DNA from: Opitutaceae bacterium
GTDB lineage: Bacteria; Verrucomicrobiota; Verrucomicrobiia; Opitutales; Opitutaceae
DNA length: 43,153 bases
Reading direction: 5' to 3'
Assembly: GCA_031425115.1 (NCBI GenBank)
Contig: JANPIT010000213.1
Location: 1 to 43,153, forward strand
Shown here in pieces: positions 19,031-28,554 of the stretch (positions within the stretch are counted from its first letter, which is position 1; the number at the start of each line of letters is the position of its first letter). Both the position numbers and the translations under genes were made by a program. The notes beneath the pieces were generated by a model, which saw only the letters and a program-made list of their open reading frames with translations, ran no database searches and was not told the origin of the DNA.

Positions 19031-19109
19031 GAATTGAAAAAATTCGCCCGACCACGCCCCCGCCTCCTCCCCCGCGCGCCCAGCTCTCTCCCTTCTTCGC
19101 CGCGGCCAC

Positions 19110-19173
19110 TGTAACGTAATACGTTACACTCTACCGGCGCTCGCTCAGTGGTAGTGTAACCTAATAGGTTACA
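19110..19173. repeat. Two perfect 19-bp palindromes (REP-like or operator)
   Basis: TGTAACGTA-A-TACGTTACA (19110-19128) and TGTAACCTA-A-TAGGTTACA (19155-19173). Confidence 0.85.
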
Positions 19174-19202
19174 AAGAGCGGGATGCGGGGGGACGTTGGC
19201 AC

Positions 19203-20153
19203 TCATGGGAATTGCAGGGCGAAGCGCGCGGGAGTCGCGGCGGTGGCGTCCGCTGCGCCCACCGCTCGGGAAACGACGGGGATGACTATCCGAAGGCTGC
19301 GCGGCACCACCGCCACCTCGACGGTCGCGCTGGTGAAATGCGTTTCGCCATCGGTATGGATCAAACCGGGAGATTGCCGCTCGATGACGAAATGAGGGCC
19401 GCTCAGCCGCGCGACGTGCGGGCTCTGGTCCAGATTACCGAGGAAAAGGCGGGGCACCAAGGACGCCGCGCCAAAAAATCCGACCGACTTGATCGCCACC
19501 AGGTCGAGCCGCCCATCATCGACGCGTGCGCCCGGCGCAATCCGGGCGTTGTTGCCGTATTGGTCGGAATTCGCCACGGCGATCAGCACCACGACGTGTG
19601 TCTGCACCTGACTGCCGCACGTGATCCGACAATGTTCGACGCGCAGCTCACGCAGCGCAGACAACCCCACCCGCGCATAGGCTTGGAGACCGCGGCGCGT
19701 CAGGCCGTTAAACCGACGGCTCACATCAGCATCCAGGCCGAGGCCCATGGCATTAAAAAAAGGACGGCCATTGGCCGTGCCTGTATCCACCGCGGCGATG
19801 CGGCTACCGCTCCCCGTCGCGAGTTGCAATGCCTGCAGCGGCGACCGCGGCACGTCGAGATGCAAGGCGAGACCGTTGCCGGAACCGCAGGGCACAAGCG
19901 CCAGGGCCGCGGGAGTGTTGACGAGGCCTTGCGCGACCTCGTTCATCGTGCCGTCGCCGCCGACAGCCACCACGACTTCACTGCCACTCAACACCGCCTC
20001 GCGCGCCAGGACGGTGGCGTGCCCCGGCCCGTCGGTCGTCGCGAGCCGCGCATCGAGGGAACGCGCGGAAATAAAATCACGAATCGACGCCGCCAGCCAG
20101 GGGCGCCGGCGGTTGCGACCGGAACACGGATTGAAGATAAAGCAGGTCTTCAT
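19203..20153 (-). CDS. Diacylglycerol kinase family lipid kinase (YegS/DgkB-like)
   Basis: Motifs IFNPCSG, GGDGTMNEV, PCGSGNGLA, GLGLDA, NSDQYGN, DDGRLD and HTDGE. Start MKTCF at 20153 with an ATGA overlap. Confidence 0.92.
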   Translation of the reverse strand: MKTCFIFNPCSGRNRRRPWLAASIRDFISARSLDARLATTDGPGHATVLAREAVLSGSEVVVAVGGDGTMNEVAQGLVNTPAALALVPCGSGNGLALHLDVPRSPLQALQLATGSGSRIAAVDTGTANGRPFFNAMGLGLDADVSRRFNGLTRRGLQAYARVGLSALRELRVEHCRITCGSQVQTHVVVLIAVANSDQYGNNARIAPGARVDDGRLDLVAIKSVGFFGAASLVPRLFLGNLDQSPHVARLSGPHFVIERQSPGLIHTDGETHFTSATVEVAVVPRSLRIVIPVVSRAVGAADATAATPARFALQFP

Positions 20154-21313
20154 GCAGAAGCGGCGGCGCGAAACGGAACAGGGACGGGCTCGGGCGCGGC
20201 ATGCACCGGGGCTCCGCGCATGACCGAGGCCGCGATCACGCGCGCGGCGTCGGGCCGCGAAATCGACTGGAGTGCTACCCGCCATTCGCGCCAGACGCGG
20301 CCGCCCGCGTGGAAGGCACGTTGCAATTCCGTCACAACCGCCTCCGGCGTCTCGGCAAGTGCGCCCACGCCGTGGCGCCGCAGCAACTCGTAATTTCCCT
20401 CTTCTTGTCCGGGCACGATCTGGTTCACCAGCATTGGGCACCGTGCGGCCAACGCCTCCTGGGTGGTGGCGCCGCCCGCCTTACTGACGACGACGTGGTG
20501 CGTCATGAGCAGCCGGGGAATCTGATCCGTCCACCCGAGGATCTCGGTGCGAGCACTGCGGCCGGCGGCAAGTTGAGCGAGTTCGGCGCGCAGCGGCTCG
20601 TTCCGGCCGACAGTGCAGGTGATTTCCCAAGGTGTGTCACGCAGGAGCCGCCGGGCCATCTCCGCGGCGGTGCGCGTGTGAGAGTTGATGATGTAGAGGA
20701 CGCGCGGCGTGCCGCCACCGGTGAGATCCGGCGGGGCGAGCAGCCGGGCGTATTCAGAAAAAAACGACTGCACCGGAAACCCGGTGGTATGAATTCGGGC
20801 CGGATCGACTCCCGCCTCTCGCATCACCGCCGCCGAGTCCTCGTTGGGCACGAACCAGCCCGCCGCACCTCCGCGCCACCAGAGCGAATTGATGCTGATC
20901 GAGTCCGTCACGATATTGAAAAACGGCACCGTGACCTCGCCGCGTTCCGCCAGGACCTCGAGCATGAACGCGTAGCCCGGATAGGTGCAGCAGATCGCGG
21001 TCGGCTGTTCGCGCGCGATGAGTTTCCCGAGCACCCGGCGCTCGCGACCCATCGCGCGCAGGACCGTCGGCGCGAGCGCGGAGCGATCCAGCCAGCGGTA
21101 GACCGCGCTCCACGCGTGAGGGGCGCGGTTGATCACACCGAGGTAGCCGCGGCGCACCAGGCTATTCAACCGCGGGGCGGCCAGCGCGTAGATGTCGGCC
21201 ACGAGCGCAGTGCCTTCGCCGTGCTCAACGTCGCAGGCCGCCGCGAGCGCCCGCGCGGCTGCGTTGTGACCTTCGCCATAGCCGGCAGTGAGGATGAGAA
21301 TACGCTGGTTCAT
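20150..21313 (-). CDS. MGDG-synthase/UgtP-like diacylglycerol glycosyltransferase (GT28)
   Basis: Motifs ILILTAGYGEGHNAAARAL, IVTD, GFPV, SKAGGATTQE and VPGQEEGN. ATGA overlaps at both ends. Confidence 0.9.
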   Translation of the reverse strand: MNQRILILTAGYGEGHNAAARALAAACDVEHGEGTALVADIYALAAPRLNSLVRRGYLGVINRAPHAWSAVYRWLDRSALAPTVLRAMGRERRVLGKLIAREQPTAICCTYPGYAFMLEVLAERGEVTVPFFNIVTDSISINSLWWRGGAAGWFVPNEDSAAVMREAGVDPARIHTTGFPVQSFFSEYARLLAPPDLTGGGTPRVLYIINSHTRTAAEMARRLLRDTPWEITCTVGRNEPLRAELAQLAAGRSARTEILGWTDQIPRLLMTHHVVVSKAGGATTQEALAARCPMLVNQIVPGQEEGNYELLRRHGVGALAETPEAVVTELQRAFHAGGRVWREWRVALQSISRPDAARVIAASVMRGAPVHAAPEPVPVPFRAAASA

Positions 21314-22476
21314 GCGATGACAGGTTGTTGGGCCAAAGTTGGCAGGGAGACGCCCGCGGCCTCAGCGAGATCGGCCTCGAAGCGCACGATCACATTCTCC
21401 CACGACTGCGGTTCGACGGCCGCACGGGCACCGATCCTCAATTGCGCGCGCAGCAGTTCGTCGGTGGCAAGGAGGACGGCGGCCTCGACCAAGGCATCCG
21501 CGCGCTCGCAAGGCACCGCGAGTCCGTTTTCGCCGTGGCGCACAAACTGGCGGGCGGCAGCGTAATCGAAGCCAGCCACCGCCAACCCGCTCGCCATTGC
21601 TTCGGTCAACACATTGCCAAACGTCTCCGTAAGGCTGGCGTGGATATAAATATCGGCTGAGGCATAGTGCCGCGCAAGCTCGGCCCGCGGGACAAAACCC
21701 GGGAAAATACAATGGCGGTGGGCGCGCTGCAGTTTTGCGCGGAGCGGGCCGTCGCCCACCAGCACGAAACGGCAGCGGGGATTCGCTTCGCGCATCGCTT
21801 CATACGCCCGCATCAGCAGGCCGTAGTTCTTTTCCGCCGCCATGCGTCCGGCGTGAATGACGACAGGGTCGCCCGGCTCGGCGCCCCACTTGGCCCGCAA
21901 CGGCTCATCCCGGCGCACCGGATGAAACTGCCAGGTATCCACGCCTCGCGACATCAGGCGCAGCTCGCGGAAGCCAAAACCGCGTAATTCGTCACACAGC
22001 TCGATCGTGGGCGCGAAGGTGCGGAGCGTGCGATTATGCACATGGCGGAGCCACCACAACGCGGCCCCGCGCAAAACGCCAAAGCCGTAATGCCTGGTGT
22101 AAGCGTGAAAATTCGTGTGGAAGCTCGAGGTCACCGGTATGCCGAGCTCGAGCGCCGCGGTGACGGCGCTCGCCCCGAGCGGCCCCTCGGTCGCGACGTG
22201 CACGAGATCCGGACGCACCGCACGCCAATCGGCCCGCAAGCGGCGTCCCGCCGGCAGCCCCATGCGGAGCATCGGATAGCGCGGGATGGGCAGACCCGGC
22301 AACGGCACCTCGACGAAGTCGAGCGTCGTCTCCCCTCGCGGCAGGTCGTCCCGCCGAGGCCGATACACCGTCACCGCGTGCCCTCGTCGACCCAACTCGC
22401 GCGTGATGACCCCGAAGGTCATCGCCACGCCGTTGATCTCCGGCGGGAACGTTTCGGTGACGAGCGCGATCTTCAC
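21310..22476 (-). CDS. GT4 glycosyltransferase (Agt/MgtA-like diacylglycerol glycosyltransferase)
   Basis: Motifs KIALVTETFPPEINGVA, HVATEGPLG, SFHTNF, GRMAAEKN and ETFGNVLTEAMASG (EX7E). GTG start. Confidence 0.92.
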   Translation of the reverse strand: MKIALVTETFPPEINGVAMTFGVITRELGRRGHAVTVYRPRRDDLPRGETTLDFVEVPLPGLPIPRYPMLRMGLPAGRRLRADWRAVRPDLVHVATEGPLGASAVTAALELGIPVTSSFHTNFHAYTRHYGFGVLRGAALWWLRHVHNRTLRTFAPTIELCDELRGFGFRELRLMSRGVDTWQFHPVRRDEPLRAKWGAEPGDPVVIHAGRMAAEKNYGLLMRAYEAMREANPRCRFVLVGDGPLRAKLQRAHRHCIFPGFVPRAELARHYASADIYIHASLTETFGNVLTEAMASGLAVAGFDYAAARQFVRHGENGLAVPCERADALVEAAVLLATDELLRAQLRIGARAAVEPQSWENVIVRFEADLAEAAGVSLPTLAQQPVIA

Positions 22477-22515
22477 GTGGGAGCGTTCATTACCCCCGTA
22501 GTTGACCCGTTGCGT

Positions 22516-22601
22516 GTATCAATTCCGTGGCGACACGGTTACGATTGGACGAAATCTTCGCCGATCGGCGGACGCGTCCCCGATCGTCACCGAATCGTCG
22601 C
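22516..22601. promoter_or_regulatory. Two outward-facing Pho-box-like arrays in a divergent promoter
   Basis: Minus strand GTAAC-N6-GCCAC-N6-GATAC (22538, 22527, 22516) faces the GT4 operon. Plus strand GTCAC(22586)-N6-GTCGC(22597) faces the TBDR. Confidence 0.6.
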
Positions 22602-22708
22602 ATAACGTCCACGCGATCGCCATTTACGAGGCCTACTCTGGCCGATGGACCGCTGCCGTAGCACGCTCGCGTCGAGCGCGCCGCGGTGGAGCGGTCCACA
22701 CCAACGCC

Positions 22709-25558
22709 ATGAACGTCCTCACCATCATTCTTCAACTCGTCCGCCGACTAGCCGTGCCGCTAGCGGTCACCGTTTTCTCGGCGCACGCGTTGCACGCTCA
22801 AGCCACTGGCTCGCTCCAAGGCCGCGTCGCTGACGCTGCCACCGGCAAATCGCTGCAAGGCGCGGTCGTCCGCATTGTCGGTTCGACCGCCACCGCGACG
22901 ACCGACTCGAACGGGCGCTTCACGCTCCCCACCGTCCCGGGCGGAAGCCAGCGCGTCGATATCTCTTACGTCGGCCTCGATCCTTTCGAGCGCGAGATCG
23001 TTATCGCCACCGGCAGTCCGACCAATCTCGATGTGTCGCTCGAGAGCCGGGCGTTGAAAATGGAGGCGTTCACCGTCGCTGAATCGGCGCGCGGCCAGGC
23101 CCTCGCCATCAATCAGCAAAAGACCGCGAGCGGGATCGTGAACATCGTTTCCGAGGAAACGTTCGGCCAGATGGTCGCCGGCAATATCGGTTACGCGTTG
23201 CAGCGCCTGCCCGGCCTGAGCGTGGACGAGGACGAGGACGGCACGCCCAACGGCGTGAACATCCGCGGGCTCGAATCGAAATATAATTCGTTTCAGACGG
23301 ACGGTTTTCGCACTCCCACGTCCAGCAACAGCCGCGGATTCGCCACGAGCCAGTTGATCGCGGACGGCGTGAGCAACATCGAGGTGATCAAAGCACCCAC
23401 CGCGGACCGCGATGGAGATGCGATTGGCGGCATCATCAACACCATCTCCCGTTCGGCCTTCGAACGCACTGGCCGTGAAATCAAGCTCACGACCGCGGGC
23501 CAGTATTACGAGAGAAACAATAAGTGGGGCTACGACACCGCGCTGCTCTACAGCGATCTGCTCAGCGTCGGCGGCGGTCGGAAGAATCTCGGCATCAGTT
23601 TCACCGCTTCGGCCTACGAGACCTCCCGCGCTTACGACAACATCGATCTCGATTACATCTACGTCCGTCCGACGGACCGCCCCGACCTTGGACTCACCGA
23701 GCCGCTTTACTTTCACACCATCGGCACGCCGCAGACGAATTTCCGCGACGTGACTTCGTATGGCCTGAGCGGCTCAGTGGATTTCCGTCTCAGCGATCAG
23801 GCGACGTTCTTCTTCCGTCCTGCCTACAGCCACAACACCACCACGGCCGAAAAACCCGAGGAGCGCATCTACATGATCACGAGTGGTGGCGCCGCCAACG
23901 TTTTGGCGATAACGCCGCGCACCGGTTCTGGACGCCTGACCACTAACGAGCACCGCTACCAGAATCGTCAGAGCGAAGCAGACGTGGACTTTATCTCGAT
24001 GTCGGCCGGGGGTGAGCATCGCCTCGACTCCATCAAGTTGAACTACAGCGGCTACTTCGCCGAGAATGCGCGCAACACCGATCGCAGTCTGCAATACGTG
24101 GTCCGCAATACCGGCTTTCAACACGCCTACGATCGCTCCGACACGCTCCGCCCCAAATACCGGAGCCTGAATGGCAAAAGCCCATTCGACATGACGACGA
24201 TTACGCGCGGCGACCTCACCATCAACCCTTCGGAGTATACCGAAGAGGTCGTGGCGGGAAAAATCGATCTGGAAAAATCCTTCACAGGCTCGGCTCTCAC
24301 GGGCAAATTCAAAGCCGGCGTGAAGAGCAACACGAGTTCCCGGGTGCAGGATTCCTCGAGCCGGGTTTTTACGACGGGGAGCGCGGCCAGCGGTTTTCCC
24401 TACGCGGACATTATGCGCCGCAGCGACCGCACCGTGGAGGGCATCCCGATGTCGATCGAGGCCGACATTCCAAAGGTGGAAGCGCTGCTGCGCAGCCGGC
24501 CCGAACTCTTCACCCTCGGGGCTCCCGCGGCTTTCCGTAACGATTTCTTTAACGACTACGAAAGCAAAGAGACGACCAACAGCGCCTACGTGATGGGCAT
24601 CGCTACGATGGGCCGCACGACGCTCACTCCCGGAATTCGGCTGGAGCGCAATACGTTCAACTCGAAGACCTATCAATTCGTGCCGGCCGCCGGAACGCGG
24701 GCGGCCCAAGTCAACCGCATCGAACGCGAGCGCACCTATGACTCATGGCTGCCCAGCGCGCATGTGCGCCACGAACTGCGCCGCAACCTGATCCTGCGCG
24801 GCAGCTACAATCGCAGCTACAGCCGGCCCGACCTCGACGACCTGCTTCGCGGCCGCGAAGTGTTTCCCGAGACCGACACCATCACCGACGGCAACGCTGA
24901 CCTCAAGACCACCACCGCTCATAATTTCGATGGCCAGATCGAATATTACACGAGCAACCGGGGCCTTTATTCGGTCGGCCTATTCTACAAGAAGATGGAT
25001 GGGTTCTACTACAACCAGACTTATGCGGAAGTGATCGATGAGAACGGCGTGCCCACCACCTATCGCGGGACGCGGCCGGAGAATGCGCTTGGCGCGTTGA
25101 ACTACGGCGTCGAGTTGATTGCCCGCCAGAAGCTCGTGTTTCTCCCGAAACCGTTCGACGGATTTCGCGTGGACCTTTCAGCCACCTTCACGGAGAGCGA
25201 CGGCCGGTATCCCGGCCGGCTCGACGAGAAGCTGCCGACCTACGGATTCTCGGATTACATGTTCAACGCGGCGCTCGAGTATACCATCGGCCGTTTCCGC
25301 GCTCAGGCCAGCTATCGCTACCGCGCGGACTTCCTCGAGGGTTTGGATTTTGATTTTACCTTCGACGACATCTTCGCCGCCAACGAACGCGTGGATTTCG
25401 AAGCCAGCTATCAAGTCAGTGATCGCATGAAGCTCTTCCTGAACACGACGAACCTTACCAACCGTCCCCAGGTCTCTTACCAGGGCTTCGCCTACAATCC
25501 CGAAGATTACACGATGCACGGCATCCGCGCCACGGTGGGCGCGACGTTTAAATTCTAA
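22709..25558 (+). CDS. TonB-dependent receptor
   Basis: ATG at 22709, signal peptide ending LHA-Q. N-terminal prealbumin-like domain, plug (ALQRLPGLS, NIRGL, DGDAIGGIIN) and GNADL. Ends GATFKF. Confidence 0.93.
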   Translation: MNVLTIILQLVRRLAVPLAVTVFSAHALHAQATGSLQGRVADAATGKSLQGAVVRIVGSTATATTDSNGRFTLPTVPGGSQRVDISYVGLDPFEREIVIATGSPTNLDVSLESRALKMEAFTVAESARGQALAINQQKTASGIVNIVSEETFGQMVAGNIGYALQRLPGLSVDEDEDGTPNGVNIRGLESKYNSFQTDGFRTPTSSNSRGFATSQLIADGVSNIEVIKAPTADRDGDAIGGIINTISRSAFERTGREIKLTTAGQYYERNNKWGYDTALLYSDLLSVGGGRKNLGISFTASAYETSRAYDNIDLDYIYVRPTDRPDLGLTEPLYFHTIGTPQTNFRDVTSYGLSGSVDFRLSDQATFFFRPAYSHNTTTAEKPEERIYMITSGGAANVLAITPRTGSGRLTTNEHRYQNRQSEADVDFISMSAGGEHRLDSIKLNYSGYFAENARNTDRSLQYVVRNTGFQHAYDRSDTLRPKYRSLNGKSPFDMTTITRGDLTINPSEYTEEVVAGKIDLEKSFTGSALTGKFKAGVKSNTSSRVQDSSSRVFTTGSAASGFPYADIMRRSDRTVEGIPMSIEADIPKVEALLRSRPELFTLGAPAAFRNDFFNDYESKETTNSAYVMGIATMGRTTLTPGIRLERNTFNSKTYQFVPAAGTRAAQVNRIERERTYDSWLPSAHVRHELRRNLILRGSYNRSYSRPDLDDLLRGREVFPETDTITDGNADLKTTTAHNFDGQIEYYTSNRGLYSVGLFYKKMDGFYYNQTYAEVIDENGVPTTYRGTRPENALGALNYGVELIARQKLVFLPKPFDGFRVDLSATFTESDGRYPGRLDEKLPTYGFSDYMFNAALEYTIGRFRAQASYRYRADFLEGLDFDFTFDDIFAANERVDFEASYQVSDRMKLFLNTTNLTNRPQVSYQGFAYNPEDYTMHGIRATVGATFKF

Positions 25559-25581
25559 TCGCCTCCTCGTCGGATCAGATC

Positions 25582-25613
25582 GCCCGGCGCATCCCTGATG
25601 CGCCGGGCTTTTT
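25582..25613 (+). terminator. Rho-independent terminator
   Basis: GCCCGGCGCATC-CCT-GATGCGCCGGGC followed by T5. Confidence 0.9.
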
Positions 25614-25715
25614 GTTGCCGGCGCCGCCCGCACCCGGCCCATCAACGCAGTGTTTGCTCAACTGTAACCCACGCGGTTTGCCTCGCCAAATCGCCGGCCA
25701 AGAGTGCCACGCGAC

Positions 25716-28481
25716 ATGTTTCTTCGTCTCCTCGTCCTGGTGATTATACTCTGCCTGCGACCGCTCGCGGCGCAGACCGAATCGACCGGCGCCATCCGCG
25801 GCGTCGTCGTCAACGACGCCACCGGCAACTACGTGCAGGGAGCGCAGCTTTTTGTCGCCGGCAGCACCCGCACCGTCGTCACCGATAGCCGGGGCAATTT
25901 CCATTTCGGCGCGCTGCCGGCCGGCGACTACCGCGTCCGCGTCGAGTCAGCCGGTTCCGACGCGACCGAAGTATCCGTCAACGTCCGCGCCGGTGCGACC
26001 TCTCCAGTCACGCTCCGCCTCGGCTCCGAGATCGTCGCTCTGGAAAAAATCATGGTGACGGCGCAAGCCGAAGGCCAGTCGCAGGCGCTCAATTTCCAGA
26101 AGAACTCCGAGAACATCCGCAAGGTCGCGTCGCTCGACGCCCTCGCCAACTCCCGCCTCGGCGAGGTGGGCGAGGTGTTGCAATCGCTGCCCGGTCTCTA
26201 CCTCGAGATCAGCACGCATCAACCCGTGCGGCCCAACATCCGAGGCCTCTCCTCGGAGTTCAATTCCGTCACCTTCGACGGCGTCCGCATCGGCAATACG
26301 AACAACGACCGCTCCGACGGCGTCAGCGGCTATCCGGCCGAAAGTCTCTCCCGCGTCGAGCTGATGAAGTCCGTCACGCCCGATATGGAAGGCGATGCGA
26401 TCGGCGGCAGCATCAATCTCGTTTCCAAGCGCGCGTTCGATCTCTCGGAACGTCTCTTCAAAATCAACCTCGGCGGCGCCTACAACAACCAGCAGCAGAA
26501 CTGGGACAAGCAGGTGAATTTCGAATACGCCGACCGTTATGGCAAGGAGGGCCGCCTCGGGGTTTATTCCTCGATCAACCATTACCGCTCCGATCGCGGC
26601 TACCACACGTCCTCGATCAGCTACCAGGTCGACGCCGCGGACAATTACAACATCGCCACCTACACGCTGCAGGACCGGATCGAGGACGATTCGTGGAAAC
26701 TGAAATACAGCGGCAGCGCCGACTACAAGCTGAGCGACGCGTCGGTCCTCTGGGTCCGCGGCATCTACAGCAACGACACCCGTTCGCTCGAGGACTATCT
26801 CGCCGTCTATCGACCCGGCGCGCGCACGTCCATCACGCCCGACTCCGCGAGCTCCCGTAATGGGCGCGTCGATACGAGCCGTTCCTACCGCGAGCCCATC
26901 AGCAAGGCCGCCCAGCTTGCCGGCGGCCTCGAGAGCAAGTTCGACGGCTGGGCGATCGACGCTAAGGCGAGCTACAATCGCGCGACCAACCAATACACCC
27001 AGACTTTTACGCCGGTCTTCTCCGCCAACGCCGTCGATCTCTCTTACGACCGCACCGTGCGCGAGTTTCCGGTCTTCCGCGTCGATAATGGGGTCAACCT
27101 CAATGACCCCGCCCGCTACGTTCACCTCAGCATCGCGCGTAACCAGCACCCTTCACGCGACCAGGAGTTCACCTTCGATTTCAATGCCCGCCGCGAGCTC
27201 GACCGCCTGCCGTTCAAGGCGAGCCTCAAGACCGGCGCGCGCGCGAAGCTCCGGAGCTGGGTCTTCGGCGGCGATCCCGCCCTCGGCAACTGGACCTACA
27301 CCGGCCCGCAAAGCGCCGCGCAGATGTCGGAGATCTACGTCAACGACCGCTTCTTCCACCAGGGCGGCGACCGCGTCGTATTTCCGTCCGTCCAGCCCAA
27401 CATCGCGAAGTTTCTCGAGGCGTTCTACGCCCGCAATTCCGAATACACCCGCAACGACAACGCCTCGGCCATCCTCATCGAGGCCAACCGCCGCAGCACG
27501 GTCGAGAGCATCTACGCCACGTATCTCATGGGCAGCGCGACCTTCGGCCGGCTGAACGTCGTGAGTGGCGCGCGTTTTGAGCGCACGGAATTCGAAGGCA
27601 AGGCCCGCCAGCTCAGCACGCCCCGCGGCATCCTCACGCAGTCGGTGGTTGTGAAAAATTCCTCGAGCTACGACAACGTGCTTCCCGGCGTGCATTTGAA
27701 TTACGGCCTCACGCCTCAGGCCGTGGTGCGGCTCTCGCTCAATCGCACGGTCGCCCGCCCCAGTCCCGCCGCGATGTTGCCCAGTCGCCGCGTCGATGAC
27801 GACGCCCGCACGCTCACCGACGGCAATCCCAACCTCCGCGTCACCACCGCGGACAACTTCGACGTGAGTCTGGAGTATTATTTGAAACCACTCGGCGTGC
27901 TTTCGCTCGGTGCCTTTCGCAAATCGATCGACGGATTCTATTTCAACACGGCCTCGACGGTGCCCGACGGCGAGTTCGCCGGCTACCGGCTCACGCGGCA
28001 GGAAATGGGTCGTGGCGGAAAAGTGCGCGGCCTCGAGGCCGAGTGGCAGCAGCGCCTCTCATTCCTGCCCGGTGTCCTGAGCAGCCTCACCCTCGGCGCG
28101 AACTACACGTGGCTCGACTCCGAGGGGAAATACCCAACGCGCCCGACGGACCAGCTCACCTTCATCGGCACCGCCAAGGGCACGGGGAATTTCAACATCT
28201 CCTACGTGCGTCGTGGCCTCGACCTGCGTCTCTTCTACAACACCCGCGGCGATTACCTCAGCTCGGTCGGTGCCCGCCGCGCCCTCGACATCTTCGAGAA
28301 AGAACGAGCGACGCTCGACCTCTCGGCGAAATACCGGTGGAGCAAACGCGTGACCACTTACCTGAGCGCCAAGAATATTACCGACGAGCCGAAGATTTCC
28401 TATCAGGGCAACCCGTCGAATCCGAATGCCGTGCGCTACTTCGACTGGTCGCTCAACTTCGGCGTCACGCTCGACCTGTGA
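25716..28481 (+). CDS. TonB-dependent receptor
   Basis: Signal MFLRLLVLVIILCLRPLAA-Q, plug (LQSLPGL, NIRGL, TPDMEGDAIGGSINL) and DGNPNL. Ends FGVTLDL. Confidence 0.93.
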   Translation: MFLRLLVLVIILCLRPLAAQTESTGAIRGVVVNDATGNYVQGAQLFVAGSTRTVVTDSRGNFHFGALPAGDYRVRVESAGSDATEVSVNVRAGATSPVTLRLGSEIVALEKIMVTAQAEGQSQALNFQKNSENIRKVASLDALANSRLGEVGEVLQSLPGLYLEISTHQPVRPNIRGLSSEFNSVTFDGVRIGNTNNDRSDGVSGYPAESLSRVELMKSVTPDMEGDAIGGSINLVSKRAFDLSERLFKINLGGAYNNQQQNWDKQVNFEYADRYGKEGRLGVYSSINHYRSDRGYHTSSISYQVDAADNYNIATYTLQDRIEDDSWKLKYSGSADYKLSDASVLWVRGIYSNDTRSLEDYLAVYRPGARTSITPDSASSRNGRVDTSRSYREPISKAAQLAGGLESKFDGWAIDAKASYNRATNQYTQTFTPVFSANAVDLSYDRTVREFPVFRVDNGVNLNDPARYVHLSIARNQHPSRDQEFTFDFNARRELDRLPFKASLKTGARAKLRSWVFGGDPALGNWTYTGPQSAAQMSEIYVNDRFFHQGGDRVVFPSVQPNIAKFLEAFYARNSEYTRNDNASAILIEANRRSTVESIYATYLMGSATFGRLNVVSGARFERTEFEGKARQLSTPRGILTQSVVVKNSSSYDNVLPGVHLNYGLTPQAVVRLSLNRTVARPSPAAMLPSRRVDDDARTLTDGNPNLRVTTADNFDVSLEYYLKPLGVLSLGAFRKSIDGFYFNTASTVPDGEFAGYRLTRQEMGRGGKVRGLEAEWQQRLSFLPGVLSSLTLGANYTWLDSEGKYPTRPTDQLTFIGTAKGTGNFNISYVRRGLDLRLFYNTRGDYLSSVGARRALDIFEKERATLDLSAKYRWSKRVTTYLSAKNITDEPKISYQGNPSNPNAVRYFDWSLNFGVTLDL

Positions 28482-28554
28482 ACAGCCGTGCTCCGGTCCT
28501 CGTAGCCACGCAGGAAACAATTTCCGCCTGAAAGCGGGCCACGAATAAGTCACC

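Noticed and set aside
19110-19173. Palindromes as a mini CRISPR array or IS ends
   Set aside because: There are only two 19-bp units with a 26-bp gap, no cas or transposase gene and no target-site duplication.
25620-25715. Pho-like box upstream of the fourth TBDR
   Set aside because: Only a single CTGTAAC (25662-25668) is present, with no partner 11 bp away.
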